From the UHGV virus genome UHGV-1384413: 64,000 bases of DNA, one strand, 5' to 3'. The notes beneath the pieces were generated by a model. That model worked only from the letters and a program-made list of their open reading frames with translations, was not told the DNA's origin and made no database searches. Positions 1 to 8,924 of this stretch are shown one piece after another. This DNA comes from a virus. Numbering within the stretch: position 1 is the stretch's first letter; each line of letters begins with the position of its first letter. The position numbers were made by a program, and so were the translations under genes.

Positions 1-276
1 AACGCAAAAGGCACCTTAAAGCCCTTCCAGGTGGTGGTAAAGGCCATTAAAGATGTAACTAATACGGCAAACCAGGTACAGGGGAACACCAACGAGAGTA
101 CCAGTATTGATCCGGCTTACATCATGAAACGGATCCGGACCTGCAAGAACAAAGAGCAAGTGTATAACGTCATAGACTGGTTGGATTCCATGGGCGACGT
201 GGTGTACAATAGGTTTTCTGCAGCTATCGAGATCCAGCTTGACAGGTTGGACGGGAAAGTACTGAAAACTTACTAA
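1..276 (+). CDS. hypothetical protein, 5'-truncated at window edge
   Basis: Frame open from position 1 to stop at 274-276; followed by conserved hairpin element. Confidence 0.4.
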   Translation, partial: NAKGTLKPFQVVVKAIKDVTNTANQVQGNTNESTSIDPAYIMKRIRTCKNKEQVYNVIDWLDSMGDVVYNRFSAAIEIQLDRLDGKVLKTY

Positions 277-323
277 GTTTATTTTTAGATGGCCTTGACT
301 CCAGGGCCATCAATAAAGTAAAC
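277..323. repeat. conserved 45-bp hairpin element, copy 1 (GATGGCC...GGCCATC stem)
   Basis: Near-identical sequence recurs at 907-953 and 4643-4689; sits directly after a stop codon. Confidence 0.6.
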
Positions 324-356
324 TAATCTCAGTTAAGCGAAAAAGGGGGCTTTAAG

Positions 357-476
357 ATGAGCACTACACGCCAATACACAAAGGTAACTATTATCGTTTG
401 CGTTGTCGGTTACATCCTGGCGCAAATGTTAATGAGTAGCGCTAACAGTTTTGCAAAATTTTTCTTAAATTTTTAA
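357..476 (+). CDS. small hydrophobic peptide (39 aa)
   Basis: ATG preceded by AAAAAGGGGG RBS; below ORF-track size cutoff; hydrophobic core. Confidence 0.35.
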   Translation: MSTTRQYTKVTIIVCVVGYILAQMLMSSANSFAKFFLNF

Positions 477-504
477 TTGACAAGCTAACTTAGATTGATA
501 TACT
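477..504 (+). promoter_or_regulatory. sigma70-like promoter (TTGACA-16-TATACT)
   Basis: Consensus -35 and -10 hexamers followed by conserved TAAACAC and CGGGAAAACTTCCC hairpin leader. Confidence 0.5.
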
Positions 505-555
505 TAAACACGTAAACGGGAAAACTTCCCAGAACACACAAAAGGAGAAAACATT

Positions 556-906
556 ATGAATACTTCCATCACTATGACCGCCGAAGAAAAAGCCCTGCAG
601 ATCGCCGCTCTGAAAAAACAGATTGCAGAACTTGAAGACAAGATCGACAATTTTGAAATCGACGAAGACAAATACGACGATAAATATGATGAATGGCTAG
701 ACGAAATCTATGGCGAAATTATGATCGGTTGTATCTCTTTTCTTCCGTCGCATATCCTCAAAGAGCTAGATCCTATCGCTTACCGCTGTGGCTTTAGTGA
801 TTATATTGATAGCCTAGATATTGAAGATGACGAAGACTATCAGGAATTGCAAGCGGAGCTTGAAGAAGTGAAAGAAGAGCTTGCAGAACTGGAAGAAAAC
901 GAGTAA
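556..906 (+). CDS. hypothetical acidic protein (116 aa)
   Basis: ATG with AAAAGGAGAAAACATT RBS; ORF followed by hairpin element. Confidence 0.6.
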   Translation: MNTSITMTAEEKALQIAALKKQIAELEDKIDNFEIDEDKYDDKYDEWLDEIYGEIMIGCISFLPSHILKELDPIAYRCGFSDYIDSLDIEDDEDYQELQAELEEVKEELAELEENE

Positions 907-953
907 GCTTATTTTTAGATGGCCTTGATTCCAGGGCCATCAATAAAGTAAAC
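907..953. repeat. conserved 45-bp hairpin element, copy 2
   Basis: Near-identical to 277-323. Confidence 0.6.
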
Positions 954-995
954 TTTACACTGTTAACACTGAACTAATACAGAGGAGTTAAAACC

Positions 996-1241
996 ATGGC
1001 CGCACTAATTACCAAATATTATGCCCCTACCAACACCAAAAGCGCCCGTATCATGGTAAAAGGCTTCGGACGTAAAAAGGTTTACACCTGGGATTATTCC
1101 CTAGACATGGAAGACAACTACACCAACGCAATGACCGATTTTATTAATGATCTGAATAAACAGATCTTGACCGACTACAAAGTGACCGATATTGCCTACG
1201 TCGGGGAAGGCGGGATCTGTTTTGTAGGCATTGTGAAATAG
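996..1241 (+). CDS. hypothetical protein (81 aa)
   Basis: ATG with AGAGGAG RBS. Confidence 0.55.
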   Translation: MAALITKYYAPTNTKSARIMVKGFGRKKVYTWDYSLDMEDNYTNAMTDFINDLNKQILTDYKVTDIAYVGEGGICFVGIVK

Positions 1242-1290
1242 TTATTTTTTCGGTGGTCCTGGCTGCAGGGCCATCTATAAAGATAATTTA
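1241..1290. repeat. degenerate copy of hairpin element
   Basis: T-run, GGCCCTGCAGCC-type palindrome, CATCTATAAAG tail resembling the 45-bp element. Confidence 0.4.
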
Positions 1291-1316
1291 TTAACACCAT
1301 GAAAGGAGAAAGTAAC

Positions 1317-1670
1317 ATGATCAGCGGTGCAAGTTTTATCATTGGCGCTATTGCTACGGCTTTAATTGTAAACAAGATCCAATCCAAAAACGAAAAAGAG
1401 AGCAACGCCTTTACAGAATACCCATTTTGGGTATTCAACGACAACGAAGACTATATAATCAAGTACAAGGATGAGAAGGGCGACCAGGTAACACCACGAC
1501 CGATCCCGGCTTACAAGATGCAAGAAACACTATACCGCCTAAAGGCTGGAGGCGCAAAAATCGTAGACTTTTGGGGATATGATTGCAAGGATCAGGAGGT
1601 TATAAAACGGCGTATCCGTGCGATTCAGGCAAATATTGAAATCAGTAAAGGGGGAAGTTATGAAAATTAA
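1317..1670 (+). CDS. hypothetical protein with N-terminal hydrophobic segment
   Basis: ATG at 1317 preceded by AAAGGAG; upstream in-frame ATG at 1299 lies inside the RBS. Confidence 0.55.
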   Translation: MISGASFIIGAIATALIVNKIQSKNEKESNAFTEYPFWVFNDNEDYIIKYKDEKGDQVTPRPIPAYKMQETLYRLKAGGAKIVDFWGYDCKDQEVIKRRIRAIQANIEISKGGSYEN

Positions 1671-1857
1671 TTTCGAAAAAATTGTAAAGCGCCCTCATGA
1701 TTCCGAAGAGTTGCCGAAACGCCGCCAGCGTAACAATAAACTGAATAAGCCAAAAAGGTTTGGGAAGATCTGGCGGAATCACTATGATCGCAAATTACCG
1801 GGCCTGCTTTTGGAACGTGAACGACAGGCAGAACGATACCGCCATAAAGACAAATAA
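1660..1857 (+). CDS. small basic protein (65 aa)
   Basis: ATG at 1660 with AAAGGGGGAAG RBS, overlaps upstream stop; followed by strong terminator. Confidence 0.5.
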   Translation: MKINFEKIVKRPHDSEELPKRRQRNNKLNKPKRFGKIWRNHYDRKLPGLLLERERQAERYRHKDK

Positions 1858-1864
1858 CAACCAA

Positions 1865-1893
1865 CGCCCCGCCATTGTGCGGGGCTTTTTATT
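1865..1893 (+). terminator. rho-independent terminator
   Basis: CCCCGC-CATTGT-GCGGGG hairpin followed by T-run. Confidence 0.75.
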
Positions 1894-2038
1894 TCTATCC
1901 CGCCGATAGCGCCCCTGGTTGGCCCCACAAGCCCCCTAAAAGCCCCTACCTATGCAATCCCCTTTCTTAACCTGAAAACAGCGCCCAGGGCCGTTTTATG
2001 GCGTTAAAAATATTATTGACAGTGATTTTATTTAAAGC

Positions 2039-2066
2039 TTGACATCTTAAACAGGTTAGATATACT
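2039..2066 (+). promoter_or_regulatory. sigma70-like promoter (TTGACA-16-TATACT)
   Basis: Consensus hexamers upstream of gene at 2099; a second TTGACA lies at 2016. Confidence 0.5.
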
Positions 2067-2098
2067 AACCACATCAAAGAGAGAAAGGAGTAAACGCC

Positions 2099-2359
2099 AT
2101 GCGTAAATTAAAAAATTTTGATAAGGTTGATGTTGTCCTGAATAATTTTTACTACTGCAACAACAAGGCCATTTGGTGGCGTGATAGTTCCACCGATAAA
2201 GTCAAGGCGCGCTTTCTCCAGGGGCACTGGCAAGGCCGCCCAGTGATTAAAATCATGGGGCAATTGGCAGCGTTTAAAAATTGCCGCCGTGTTGATGACG
2301 TTGAAGAGATTTTAAACATTTTGCGCCACAATAATTTAAAAAATAGCGTTGACAAGTAA
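2099..2359 (+). CDS. hypothetical protein (86 aa)
   Basis: ATG with GAAAGGAG RBS. Confidence 0.55.
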   Translation: MRKLKNFDKVDVVLNNFYYCNNKAIWWRDSSTDKVKARFLQGHWQGRPVIKIMGQLAAFKNCRRVDDVEEILNILRHNNLKNSVDK

Positions 2360-2376
2360 ATCTAGATAAGTATACT
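2349..2376 (+). promoter_or_regulatory. sigma70-like promoter (TTGACA-16-TATACT) with conserved leader
   Basis: Same promoter and leader architecture as 477-530. Confidence 0.5.
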
Positions 2377-2433
2377 TAAACACACAGGCGGGAAAACTTC
2401 CCGCCACTAACAAAGAAAATAGGAGAAAATATC

Positions 2434-3057
2434 ATGACCACCGTTAACATTACCACAGGTTACAATTTATCTTTCGACGTGCTGACCGATGAACAAAAAG
2501 AAAAAGCTATTGAAATGGTCCGCGAAAGAGAAGAACACAGCGGGGATAACTTTTTTGCAGAAAGTGTAATTGAAGACTATAAAGAATATATCTTTCCAGA
2601 GTATGGCCTTGAAGATACCAAGGTACATTGGTCCGGCTTTTGGTGCCAGGGTGACGGCGCGTCAATCAGTGCGGAAAACGTGGATTTAGAAAAATTCTTG
2701 CGTAAAGTCAAGTCTCTGACTAAATTCCGCTCAATTCGTCACTTGTTCGGCACAATGCACGATGGCGAGCTATCCGCAAGTGTTGAGCGTGATCCATATA
2801 GCCGCTATAGTCACGAAAACACTGTAAGCGGGTACATCGATACTACATGGCTAGACCTGACAGCCAAGCAAGAAAGTAAGGTTGAAGAGCTGGAAGAGTT
2901 GATCACCGAGACGGTGCGGGAGCTATCCCGCAAGGTTTACGTAGACCTGGAGCAAGCTTATCTTGAACAATTTACTACCGAAAACCTGATCGGCCTTATC
3001 GAGGCCAATGATTGGCGGTTTGATGTGGATGAATATGGCGAGATGACTTTTTCATAA
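2434..3057 (+). CDS. hypothetical protein (207 aa)
   Basis: ATG with AATAGGAGAAAATATC RBS; long ORF. Confidence 0.65.
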   Translation: MTTVNITTGYNLSFDVLTDEQKEKAIEMVREREEHSGDNFFAESVIEDYKEYIFPEYGLEDTKVHWSGFWCQGDGASISAENVDLEKFLRKVKSLTKFRSIRHLFGTMHDGELSASVERDPYSRYSHENTVSGYIDTTWLDLTAKQESKVEELEELITETVRELSRKVYVDLEQAYLEQFTTENLIGLIEANDWRFDVDEYGEMTFS

Positions 3058-3145
3058 ATAAAGTGTTGCAATAACCTAAAAACCTGCTATATTAAAACTC
3101 AAGGGGCAAGACGTTTGCCCCACACAAAACAAAGAGGAAAACATT

Positions 3146-3526
3146 ATGAAAAGCACCACTAAAGCCATTGACACCGTTATGTTTAACCTGGTTACCTTTC
3201 GTGAGGATATGAAAGATCTTCCACGTGAAACAGTGTGCGATCACATCGAAAACTATCGCAAACTGATCAAACAACTGCCTTTAAAACGTGACCAATATGC
3301 GGCTAACGCTATGCTTAACGCCATGATCAAAAAGATGATCCAGTGTGATTTAACTCTGGCCTATGATTATGCAGGCGGTCGTTTTGCAGTATACAATCAG
3401 CCCGTGCCCGGTATGAGCACCACTGAAGAATTGCACGCGTTAAATCTAAAACAAGATGTATGGGATAGCATGCCCCGCGTGGTGGTGTGGGCAGAAAGCG
3501 GAAAGATTTACGGCGATAATTTTTAA
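3146..3526 (+). CDS. hypothetical protein (126 aa)
   Basis: ATG with AAAGAGGAAAACATT RBS preceded by promoter-hairpin leader. Confidence 0.6.
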   Translation: MKSTTKAIDTVMFNLVTFREDMKDLPRETVCDHIENYRKLIKQLPLKRDQYAANAMLNAMIKKMIQCDLTLAYDYAGGRFAVYNQPVPGMSTTEELHALNLKQDVWDSMPRVVVWAESGKIYGDNF

Positions 3527-3536
3527 TCAGGTAACA

Positions 3537-3566
3537 GGCGGCGGCATATTTGCCGCCTTATTGTTA
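3537..3566 (+). terminator. putative rho-independent terminator
   Basis: GGCGGC-ATATTT-GCCGCC hairpin followed by TTATTGTT. Confidence 0.5.
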
Positions 3567-3593
3567 AGCAGAATTGTAAGAGAGGTACACAGA

Positions 3594-3965
3594 ATGGAAT
3601 TTATTATTTTGGCTGTATTAGTTGCCTTGTTCAACGCCTGGATAGCTGGCAAAACAGGTAGATCCGCTTTTCTATGGTTTGTTATATCTATTTTCCTGGG
3701 AGTGGTTGCAACCATTGTATTAGTTATCCTTGCAATTGTTGACAAGGATAATAATAAGAAAGGTAAAGTATTTTCCGACCTGTATGACGCTCAAACTTTT
3801 GTTAACGCCTATTATAGTGATCTTCCGGTCTCCTTGCGCTGCAGCCTAGCGCAACAAGTTTTCGATGAAGCTAAAACCAGAGAACAGGCCCATGAAATAT
3901 GTCTAACCGAGGCAGATCGCCTATTCGAGAGGAATAGAAAATATGTGGACCAGCCGTTTAAATAA
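3594..3965 (+). CDS. membrane protein (two predicted TM segments)
   Basis: ATG at 3594 with AGAGAGG RBS; hydrophobic N-terminal half. Confidence 0.55.
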   Translation: MEFIILAVLVALFNAWIAGKTGRSAFLWFVISIFLGVVATIVLVILAIVDKDNNKKGKVFSDLYDAQTFVNAYYSDLPVSLRCSLAQQVFDEAKTREQAHEICLTEADRLFERNRKYVDQPFK

Positions 3966-4075
3966 TGCCACGTTAATTAATCCCTTTAGTGAAGATTTGA
4001 AGCCAGCGGCCTGGCGTGAGGGATTCAACACAGAAAGATTTATTTTCAGGCCTGACCTTGAGGAATTTTATAACA

Positions 4076-4201
4076 ATGGATCGAACAACGACAGAGATAA
4101 TTTTTCTTGTAATGTGCGTGGTGATAATACTCCTGGGGGCCATTACAAACCACGTCACTGCTAACAGGAGGAAAGGGGGAGACGATGACAACCAAGGATA
4201 A
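4076..4201 (+). CDS. small membrane peptide (41 aa)
   Basis: ATG with GAGGA RBS; single hydrophobic helix. Confidence 0.3.
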   Translation: MDRTTTEIIFLVMCVVIILLGAITNHVTANRRKGGDDDNQG

Positions 4202-4304
4202 GCCCCGCACCGATAAGGTGCGCCGTGTTATGGTATGGCTTGAGATCATCGCCCTTGAAATATTGTTAGGCGTAGGGATGTACTTTATCGCTGTAAGTAA
4301 CTGA
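4185..4304 (+). CDS. small membrane peptide (39 aa)
   Basis: ATG with AGGAGGAAAGGGGGAG RBS; hydrophobic C-terminus; followed by terminator. Confidence 0.35.
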   Translation: MTTKDKPRTDKVRRVMVWLEIIALEILLGVGMYFIAVSN

Positions 4305-4306
4305 TA

Positions 4307-4340
4307 ACGGCCCCCAATCCCTGGGGGCTTAACTTTTTCA
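4307..4340 (+). terminator. rho-independent terminator
   Basis: GCCCCCA-ATCC-CTGGGGGC hairpin followed by T-rich tract. Confidence 0.55.
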
Positions 4341-4440
4341 AAAATTTTTCTTCTAGGGTGTTGCAATCCGGTCCGGAATATGGATAATAACAATCAACGG
4401 GGAGCAATCCCCACCACAAAGACTAGAAAGGAGAAACAAA

Positions 4441-4641
4441 ATGAGTAACAATATCCGCGTTATTAACTTCAAAAAAGAAGAAAAAATTGCCGTGCTGATT
4501 GACGGTCAAGAAATCTTTAAAGGTGATTATGAAGATCATCAAACGGCGATTAGTATCACTCGCGTGATTGGTTACCATAATTTTTACCCTCAAGGCGCTG
4601 AGGCAGCAGTAAAACGAATTAAAGAGATTGTAGGCCTGTAA
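4441..4641 (+). CDS. hypothetical protein (66 aa)
   Basis: ATG with AAAGGAGAAACAAA RBS; followed by hairpin element copy 3. Confidence 0.55.
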   Translation: MSNNIRVINFKKEEKIAVLIDGQEIFKGDYEDHQTAISITRVIGYHNFYPQGAEAAVKRIKEIVGL

Positions 4642-4642
4642 A

Positions 4643-4689
4643 ATTTATTTTTAGATGGCCTTGATTCCAGGGCCATCAATAAAGTAAAT
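4643..4689. repeat. conserved 45-bp hairpin element, copy 3
   Basis: Near-identical to 277-323 and 907-953. Confidence 0.6.
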
Positions 4690-4732
4690 TTAAACCCTGT
4701 TAAAATAATCAGTGCAAAAAGGAGTAATGATC

Positions 4733-5044
4733 ATGTTTATCCAGGCTAATAATCTTTATTTCTTTGATGGTCAGATCGTAGACGGCGTGGAGGTGGAAAT
4801 CACTGGGTGCCCTGGCGGTCAGGTTATGACTTTTCGGAATAATGCCTTTGATGATTCTCATATCGTTATGAGAATGGAAGTTAGTAAGCTGGATGATAAG
4901 AAAACATTGATTGACTATTCCGTCAAAGATCATCCAGACTACCACATGATCTATGGTGATTTGTGCATTGTTGACCGTGACAAGGTGAACGGCATTGTTA
5001 TAGCCATTGTGAACGATGTTTTCTCTGAGTATTCCGGCAAATGA
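4733..5044 (+). CDS. hypothetical protein (103 aa)
   Basis: ATG at 4733 with AAAAGGAG RBS. Confidence 0.55.
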   Translation: MFIQANNLYFFDGQIVDGVEVEITGCPGGQVMTFRNNAFDDSHIVMRMEVSKLDDKKTLIDYSVKDHPDYHMIYGDLCIVDRDKVNGIVIAIVNDVFSEYSGK

Positions 5045-5079
5045 TGCAAAATAAGGCCCCTGGCAGGGCCTGCAGCGAT

Positions 5080-5113
5080 ATAATCACATAAAGGCTATGC
5101 GGTTGCATGGCCT
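5080..5113 (+). terminator. putative rho-independent terminator
   Basis: GGCTATGC-GGTT-GCATGGCC hairpin followed by TTTATTATTTT. Confidence 0.5.
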
Positions 5114-5255
5114 TTATTATTTTAGCGTTACAGCTGCCCCCAAGGCGCTTAAAAAATTTTTAAAGAAGTACTTGCATCAAGCCCCACAATATGGATAATA
5201 AGAGTTGTCGAGGGGGCTATGCCTCCAATCATTAACAGAAACAGGAGTTAAAACT

Positions 5256-5540
5256 ATGGCTATTGTTACCGCTGGCGATGTAGTAGAAATGGAAGCAAAA
5301 TACTTAAAAGCGGGTATGCATATCCTACGGAATGATCAAGAGTTATTATTAACGATGGTCGACTATAATCCCGGCCAGGATTATCCAAGCATCGACTACT
5401 TTTTTGAGTATGTTGATGAAGAGTTGAAAGAGGATGAGGCCTATTGCGGTGAGTTCTGCAACTTCTTTTGTCCTGATGAGGTTGTAAAGGTTATTTATCA
5501 ACCTGGCGTAGCTTTCCCGCTGCACGCTATCAATAAATAA
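5256..5540 (+). CDS. hypothetical protein (94 aa)
   Basis: ATG at 5256 with AACAGGAG RBS. Confidence 0.55.
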   Translation: MAIVTAGDVVEMEAKYLKAGMHILRNDQELLLTMVDYNPGQDYPSIDYFFEYVDEELKEDEAYCGEFCNFFCPDEVVKVIYQPGVAFPLHAINK

Positions 5541-5595
5541 ACCTGGCGGGGCCGAAAAGGCCCCCAATTATGAAAATAAAGATAGGTTAATCATC

Positions 5596-5829
5596 ATGAT
5601 GGAACAAATTAAACGCGCCGAGGCTATTAATGGCAATGTGATCTATTCTGTCAGCAAAAACGAAAAAGGCGTACCATATGCGGCGGTAATAGTACAGCCT
5701 GACGGCGATTATTGGCTTACTGTGTACGGCGCGTATTCTTTCGGTCGTCCAGTGCATGATAAAATTTTGAAAGTAGCTAACCCTACGGGGAAGAATATCA
5801 CGGCAGAAAAATTTTTTGAAAATAATTGA
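5596..5829 (+). CDS. hypothetical protein (77 aa)
   Basis: ORF-track ORF; ATG at 5596/5599. Confidence 0.5.
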   Translation: MMEQIKRAEAINGNVIYSVSKNEKGVPYAAVIVQPDGDYWLTVYGAYSFGRPVHDKILKVANPTGKNITAEKFFENN

Positions 5830-5901
5830 CATGACCGCCTGAAAGTGTAGTATATAAATCAAAGGGCAAGCCCCGCCAACCACAAAGAGGATAAAAAAAT
5901 C

Positions 5902-6081
5902 ATGGCTATTATTGCAAAGACCGAGATTGCAGGTTTAGATTCTATTCTCCTGGCATATGAGGAAGCTATAGAAATGTATGTGGTTTCCTATGGTGAGTAT
6001 ATCCGTGAATATACATCTATTGATCTGGCTTTTGAATGTTATATCCGCCAGGTAAATAAAGCATATGATGATTATCGTTAA
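5902..6081 (+). CDS. hypothetical protein (59 aa)
   Basis: ATG with AAAGAGGATAAAAAAATC RBS downstream of TTGACA promoter and hairpin leader. Confidence 0.45.
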   Translation: MAIIAKTEIAGLDSILLAYEEAIEMYVVSYGEYIREYTSIDLAFECYIRQVNKAYDDYR

Positions 6082-6172
6082 AATAGTTTGACAACAAACA
6101 ACTATCTAACAAAGCATAATACATAAGGTGGTAGAATGATCCGCCACCTGGAACAAAGAAGAGGTAAACACC

Positions 6173-6418
6173 ATGAAAAGCAATAAAGGTTATAACGGTC
6201 ACAAAAACAAAACTCATTGGAATGTAAGCCTTTGGATTAATAACGATGAATCATTATACTTATACGCTGTAGGCTTAATAAATGAGTGCGGCAATAAAGA
6301 TAAAGCGGCGGATCTAATGTGCTACAGATTAAAACAGGACGGAATCACTCATACACCTGATGGTTTCAAGTATAGTAAAACTGCAATCCGTGCCGCTATG
6401 GTAGGAATGAAACACTAA
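6173..6418 (+). CDS. hypothetical protein (81 aa)
   Basis: ATG with AAGAAGAGG RBS. Confidence 0.55.
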   Translation: MKSNKGYNGHKNKTHWNVSLWINNDESLYLYAVGLINECGNKDKAADLMCYRLKQDGITHTPDGFKYSKTAIRAAMVGMKH

Positions 6419-6492
6419 AAGCACATAGCCGCCTTACCCTGGGGCTGTGGTAGCGGCCCCATGAATAAGGTTACTAACAAAGAATAGAAAAC

Positions 6493-6597
6493 ATGAAACA
6501 GAAATTAATTGATGCGGTAATCCTGGTTATTGCCCTGGGTATTGGCCTGATTGCAACCATGGCTAATATGATCTTGTCTTCCAACGGTATCGGATAA
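6493..6597 (+). CDS. small membrane peptide (34 aa)
   Basis: Short ORF with hydrophobic core; weak RBS. Confidence 0.3.
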   Translation: MKQKLIDAVILVIALGIGLIATMANMILSSNGIG

Positions 6598-6606
6598 GGT
6601 GGGCAA

Positions 6607-6822
6607 ATGATCACCAACAAAACAGGCAAAACAGAATTTTTACGCAACTTGCAGATCGGCAAGCCCGAGATCTGGTATTGCACTAAAACACCACGTGACG
6701 AAATGAAAGACTTCACCGCCACGCTGCAACGGGTAAAGATATCTATCACGCAGAAAAAAGCCTTGATAGTGGTTGAAGGTGAGATCCCTCAAGCCGTTGT
6801 TATAATTGAGCGTACAGCATAG
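6607..6822 (+). CDS. hypothetical protein (71 aa)
   Basis: ORF-track ORF with GGATAAGGTGGG RBS. Confidence 0.45.
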   Translation: MITNKTGKTEFLRNLQIGKPEIWYCTKTPRDEMKDFTATLQRVKISITQKKALIVVEGEIPQAVVIIERTA

Positions 6823-6913
6823 TTTAATTTATACAGATACCCGAAAATTAACCAACAAAGCATAAACAGGCGGTTACCGCCGCCTTAAACGTAGCAGAAA
6901 GAGGATAGACAAC

Positions 6914-7198
6914 ATGAAAAAGATGATCGCAGTGGTTGCCCTGGTTGTTGGACTTAATGCGCCTGTAATGGCTAAAGAGCTGGCAAAAGAGGTTGATCTA
7001 ACGGATATCCATGCCGTCAATCAAATCGGGGTTACTTATCGCTTATGCCTTGCCGCTAAAACTTTTAATGACGGTACAACAGAGTACTACGGATTCGAGG
7101 GTATCCGGTGCGGTGAGCTTGCTCGCGACCTTAAGGAAGATCCAGACCTGGAGGATCTGCCCATCACCGTAAACGGTAAAGCTTACGTAAACCGTTAA
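6914..7198 (+). CDS. secreted protein with N-terminal signal peptide
   Basis: MKKMIAVVALVVGLNAPVMA signal-like N-terminus; AGAAAGAGGA RBS. Confidence 0.6.
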   Translation: MKKMIAVVALVVGLNAPVMAKELAKEVDLTDIHAVNQIGVTYRLCLAAKTFNDGTTEYYGFEGIRCGELARDLKEDPDLEDLPITVNGKAYVNR

Positions 7199-7200
7199 CC

Positions 7201-7335
7201 ATGAGAAAGATGATCATCACCTTGGGGATTGTGGCGGGATTGCTGGCGCTCTTTCCCCTTATGGTTAGGTATGTGCTGATCAGTGTTGTCCTGGTAGTCA
7301 GCGATCTAATGTTATATATTAACTCATTGTTTTAG
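7201..7335 (+). CDS. small membrane peptide (44 aa)
   Basis: Short hydrophobic ORF immediately after upstream stop. Confidence 0.3.
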   Translation: MRKMIITLGIVAGLLALFPLMVRYVLISVVLVVSDLMLYINSLF

Positions 7336-7343
7336 GTGGAATA

Positions 7344-7535
7344 ATGACAGCAGAAGAAGTTAAAAAAGTACTGGCAGTACTACGTTACCATAATCATTGT
7401 AAGGTGAAGAATGATCCTGATTATCTCGATTCATCCCTTGAAGAGGATACACTACAAGCCATAAGTAACATGCAAGAATTGCTAAAGCGCATGACAGAGA
7501 AAAACCGACCGGACTACATAGGCGAAAAAATATAA
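7344..7535 (+). CDS. hypothetical protein (63 aa)
   Basis: ORF-track ORF. Confidence 0.45.
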   Translation: MTAEEVKKVLAVLRYHNHCKVKNDPDYLDSSLEEDTLQAISNMQELLKRMTEKNRPDYIGEKI

Positions 7536-7746
7536 TCCTTATTGACTAGAAAACAGGGCTTGCAATGGTCCTGTTTTTTGTTATACTTATTCCACGGCAG
7601 GCACCTGGCGACGGGGGGAGACAATCACCGGGCCTGCCTGTCATATAAGAACTATAAAAACCGTTGACATCTGCCAGGGGGTGGGGTAACATTTATCTTG
7701 AAGGGGCAAAAGTGCCCACACAACAACCAGAAGAGAGGAAAACATT

Positions 7747-8019
7747 ATGTCAAGCTGGATTAATCAAGAAGTCGAATCACGTTTTAATGCTATCTGGGAT
7801 CTCGTAGAAAAAGAGGACGGAACATCAAGCCCCTACCTCAACAATTTGGAATTCCATTTTGTGGAAGCGATGAACGCAGAACATGATCACGAAGGTGGCG
7901 CGGATGAGTTCGCTAAAGGTTATGGCTTTAACAATGCCAACGAAATGATCGAGTCGGTTGTACTCCAAGCCGAGGAAGATTATCAATTAAAAACGCTTGA
8001 ATTCTGCCGCCGCAAGTAA
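7747..8019 (+). CDS. hypothetical acidic protein (90 aa)
   Basis: ATG with AGAGAGGAAAACATT RBS after TTGACA promoter and hairpin leader. Confidence 0.55.
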   Translation: MSSWINQEVESRFNAIWDLVEKEDGTSSPYLNNLEFHFVEAMNAEHDHEGGADEFAKGYGFNNANEMIESVVLQAEEDYQLKTLEFCRRK

Positions 8020-8079
8020 TAAGATAATGACAAGGGCCGAAAGGCCCACTAATCAGAACCGCACAAAGAGGAAAACATC

Positions 8080-8343
8080 ATGAAACGTCTTGATCAGCTC
8101 AAATTAGTTCAATATATGGCTTATCGTGTTCTTGAAGTACAGAAAGGCAGCAAAAAAGAAGTTTGCGAGAAAGCGTACAAGATCTTTACTCGCAAAAAAG
8201 ACGATTGGATGTTACGCCAGACTAAAAAGGCTGACATCTTGGGGTACCTGGAAGAAGAGATCCGGCTTGAAGAACAAGAAGAGATCCGCCGTAGTGAGGC
8301 AGATTATCAGGCAGCTTGGGAAAACTGGATGAGCAACAAATAA
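8080..8343 (+). CDS. hypothetical protein (87 aa)
   Basis: ATG with AAAGAGGAAAACATC RBS. Confidence 0.55.
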   Translation: MKRLDQLKLVQYMAYRVLEVQKGSKKEVCEKAYKIFTRKKDDWMLRQTKKADILGYLEEEIRLEEQEEIRRSEADYQAAWENWMSNK

Positions 8344-8485
8344 TACAACAAGTTACATGGTCAGGGGCAATAAAGCCCCTTGATCACACAAAAATTATGC
8401 TATCCTTGTTGACAGAGATCGGCAGTTTTGCTATATTCTTTTTGAAGGGCAGTTGTAAGAAAATTAACTAAGAGGTAAAAACACC

Positions 8486-8905
8486 ATGAACATTAAATCT
8501 GATAATCCGGCATATAGCTTTGATAACGCTTTTTGTCACGGTCCGGCGGCGAAAGGATTCGAAATCGATGGTAAACTAATTATTGTCAATGTTGACGGGG
8601 AAGAGGTTGCAGTATATCCGGTGGCAGACGTTAAAAGCCGTCTACAATGCCGCATCGATGTTACCGCCTACCAGCTTGATCCGGTCCGGGTAGTTGCCCT
8701 GGTCCTGGAAGAAGAAATTAAAGCAATGCACCACAGCAACAAGTTTATTGGTGACGCTCAAGATAATATGCAGGTATGCCGCTATAAAGTTAATGAAGTG
8801 CTTAAAGAGTACGGCTATAAGGATTTAATGATCAAGCGTGATGAAAAATTCCGCTACCGTAACGACCTGGCAAATCGGATTTTTGAAATATACGAATCAT
8901 TATAA
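8486..8905 (+). CDS. hypothetical protein (139 aa)
   Basis: ATG with AAGAGGTAAAAACACC RBS; followed by terminator. Confidence 0.6.
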   Translation: MNIKSDNPAYSFDNAFCHGPAAKGFEIDGKLIIVNVDGEEVAVYPVADVKSRLQCRIDVTAYQLDPVRVVALVLEEEIKAMHHSNKFIGDAQDNMQVCRYKVNEVLKEYGYKDLMIKRDEKFRYRNDLANRIFEIYESL

Positions 8906-8924
8906 TTTCTTAACTGAATTATCA

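Noticed and set aside
277-4689. Repeated hairpin elements as a CRISPR array or as simple rho-independent terminators
   Set aside because: Copies are kilobases apart with genes between them (not a repeat-spacer array), and no U-tract follows the hairpin in either orientation.
8126-8332. Lys/Arg-rich alternate-frame ORF inside gene 8080-8343
   Set aside because: Same strand, different frame, fully nested; the outer ORF has the RBS and promoter context.
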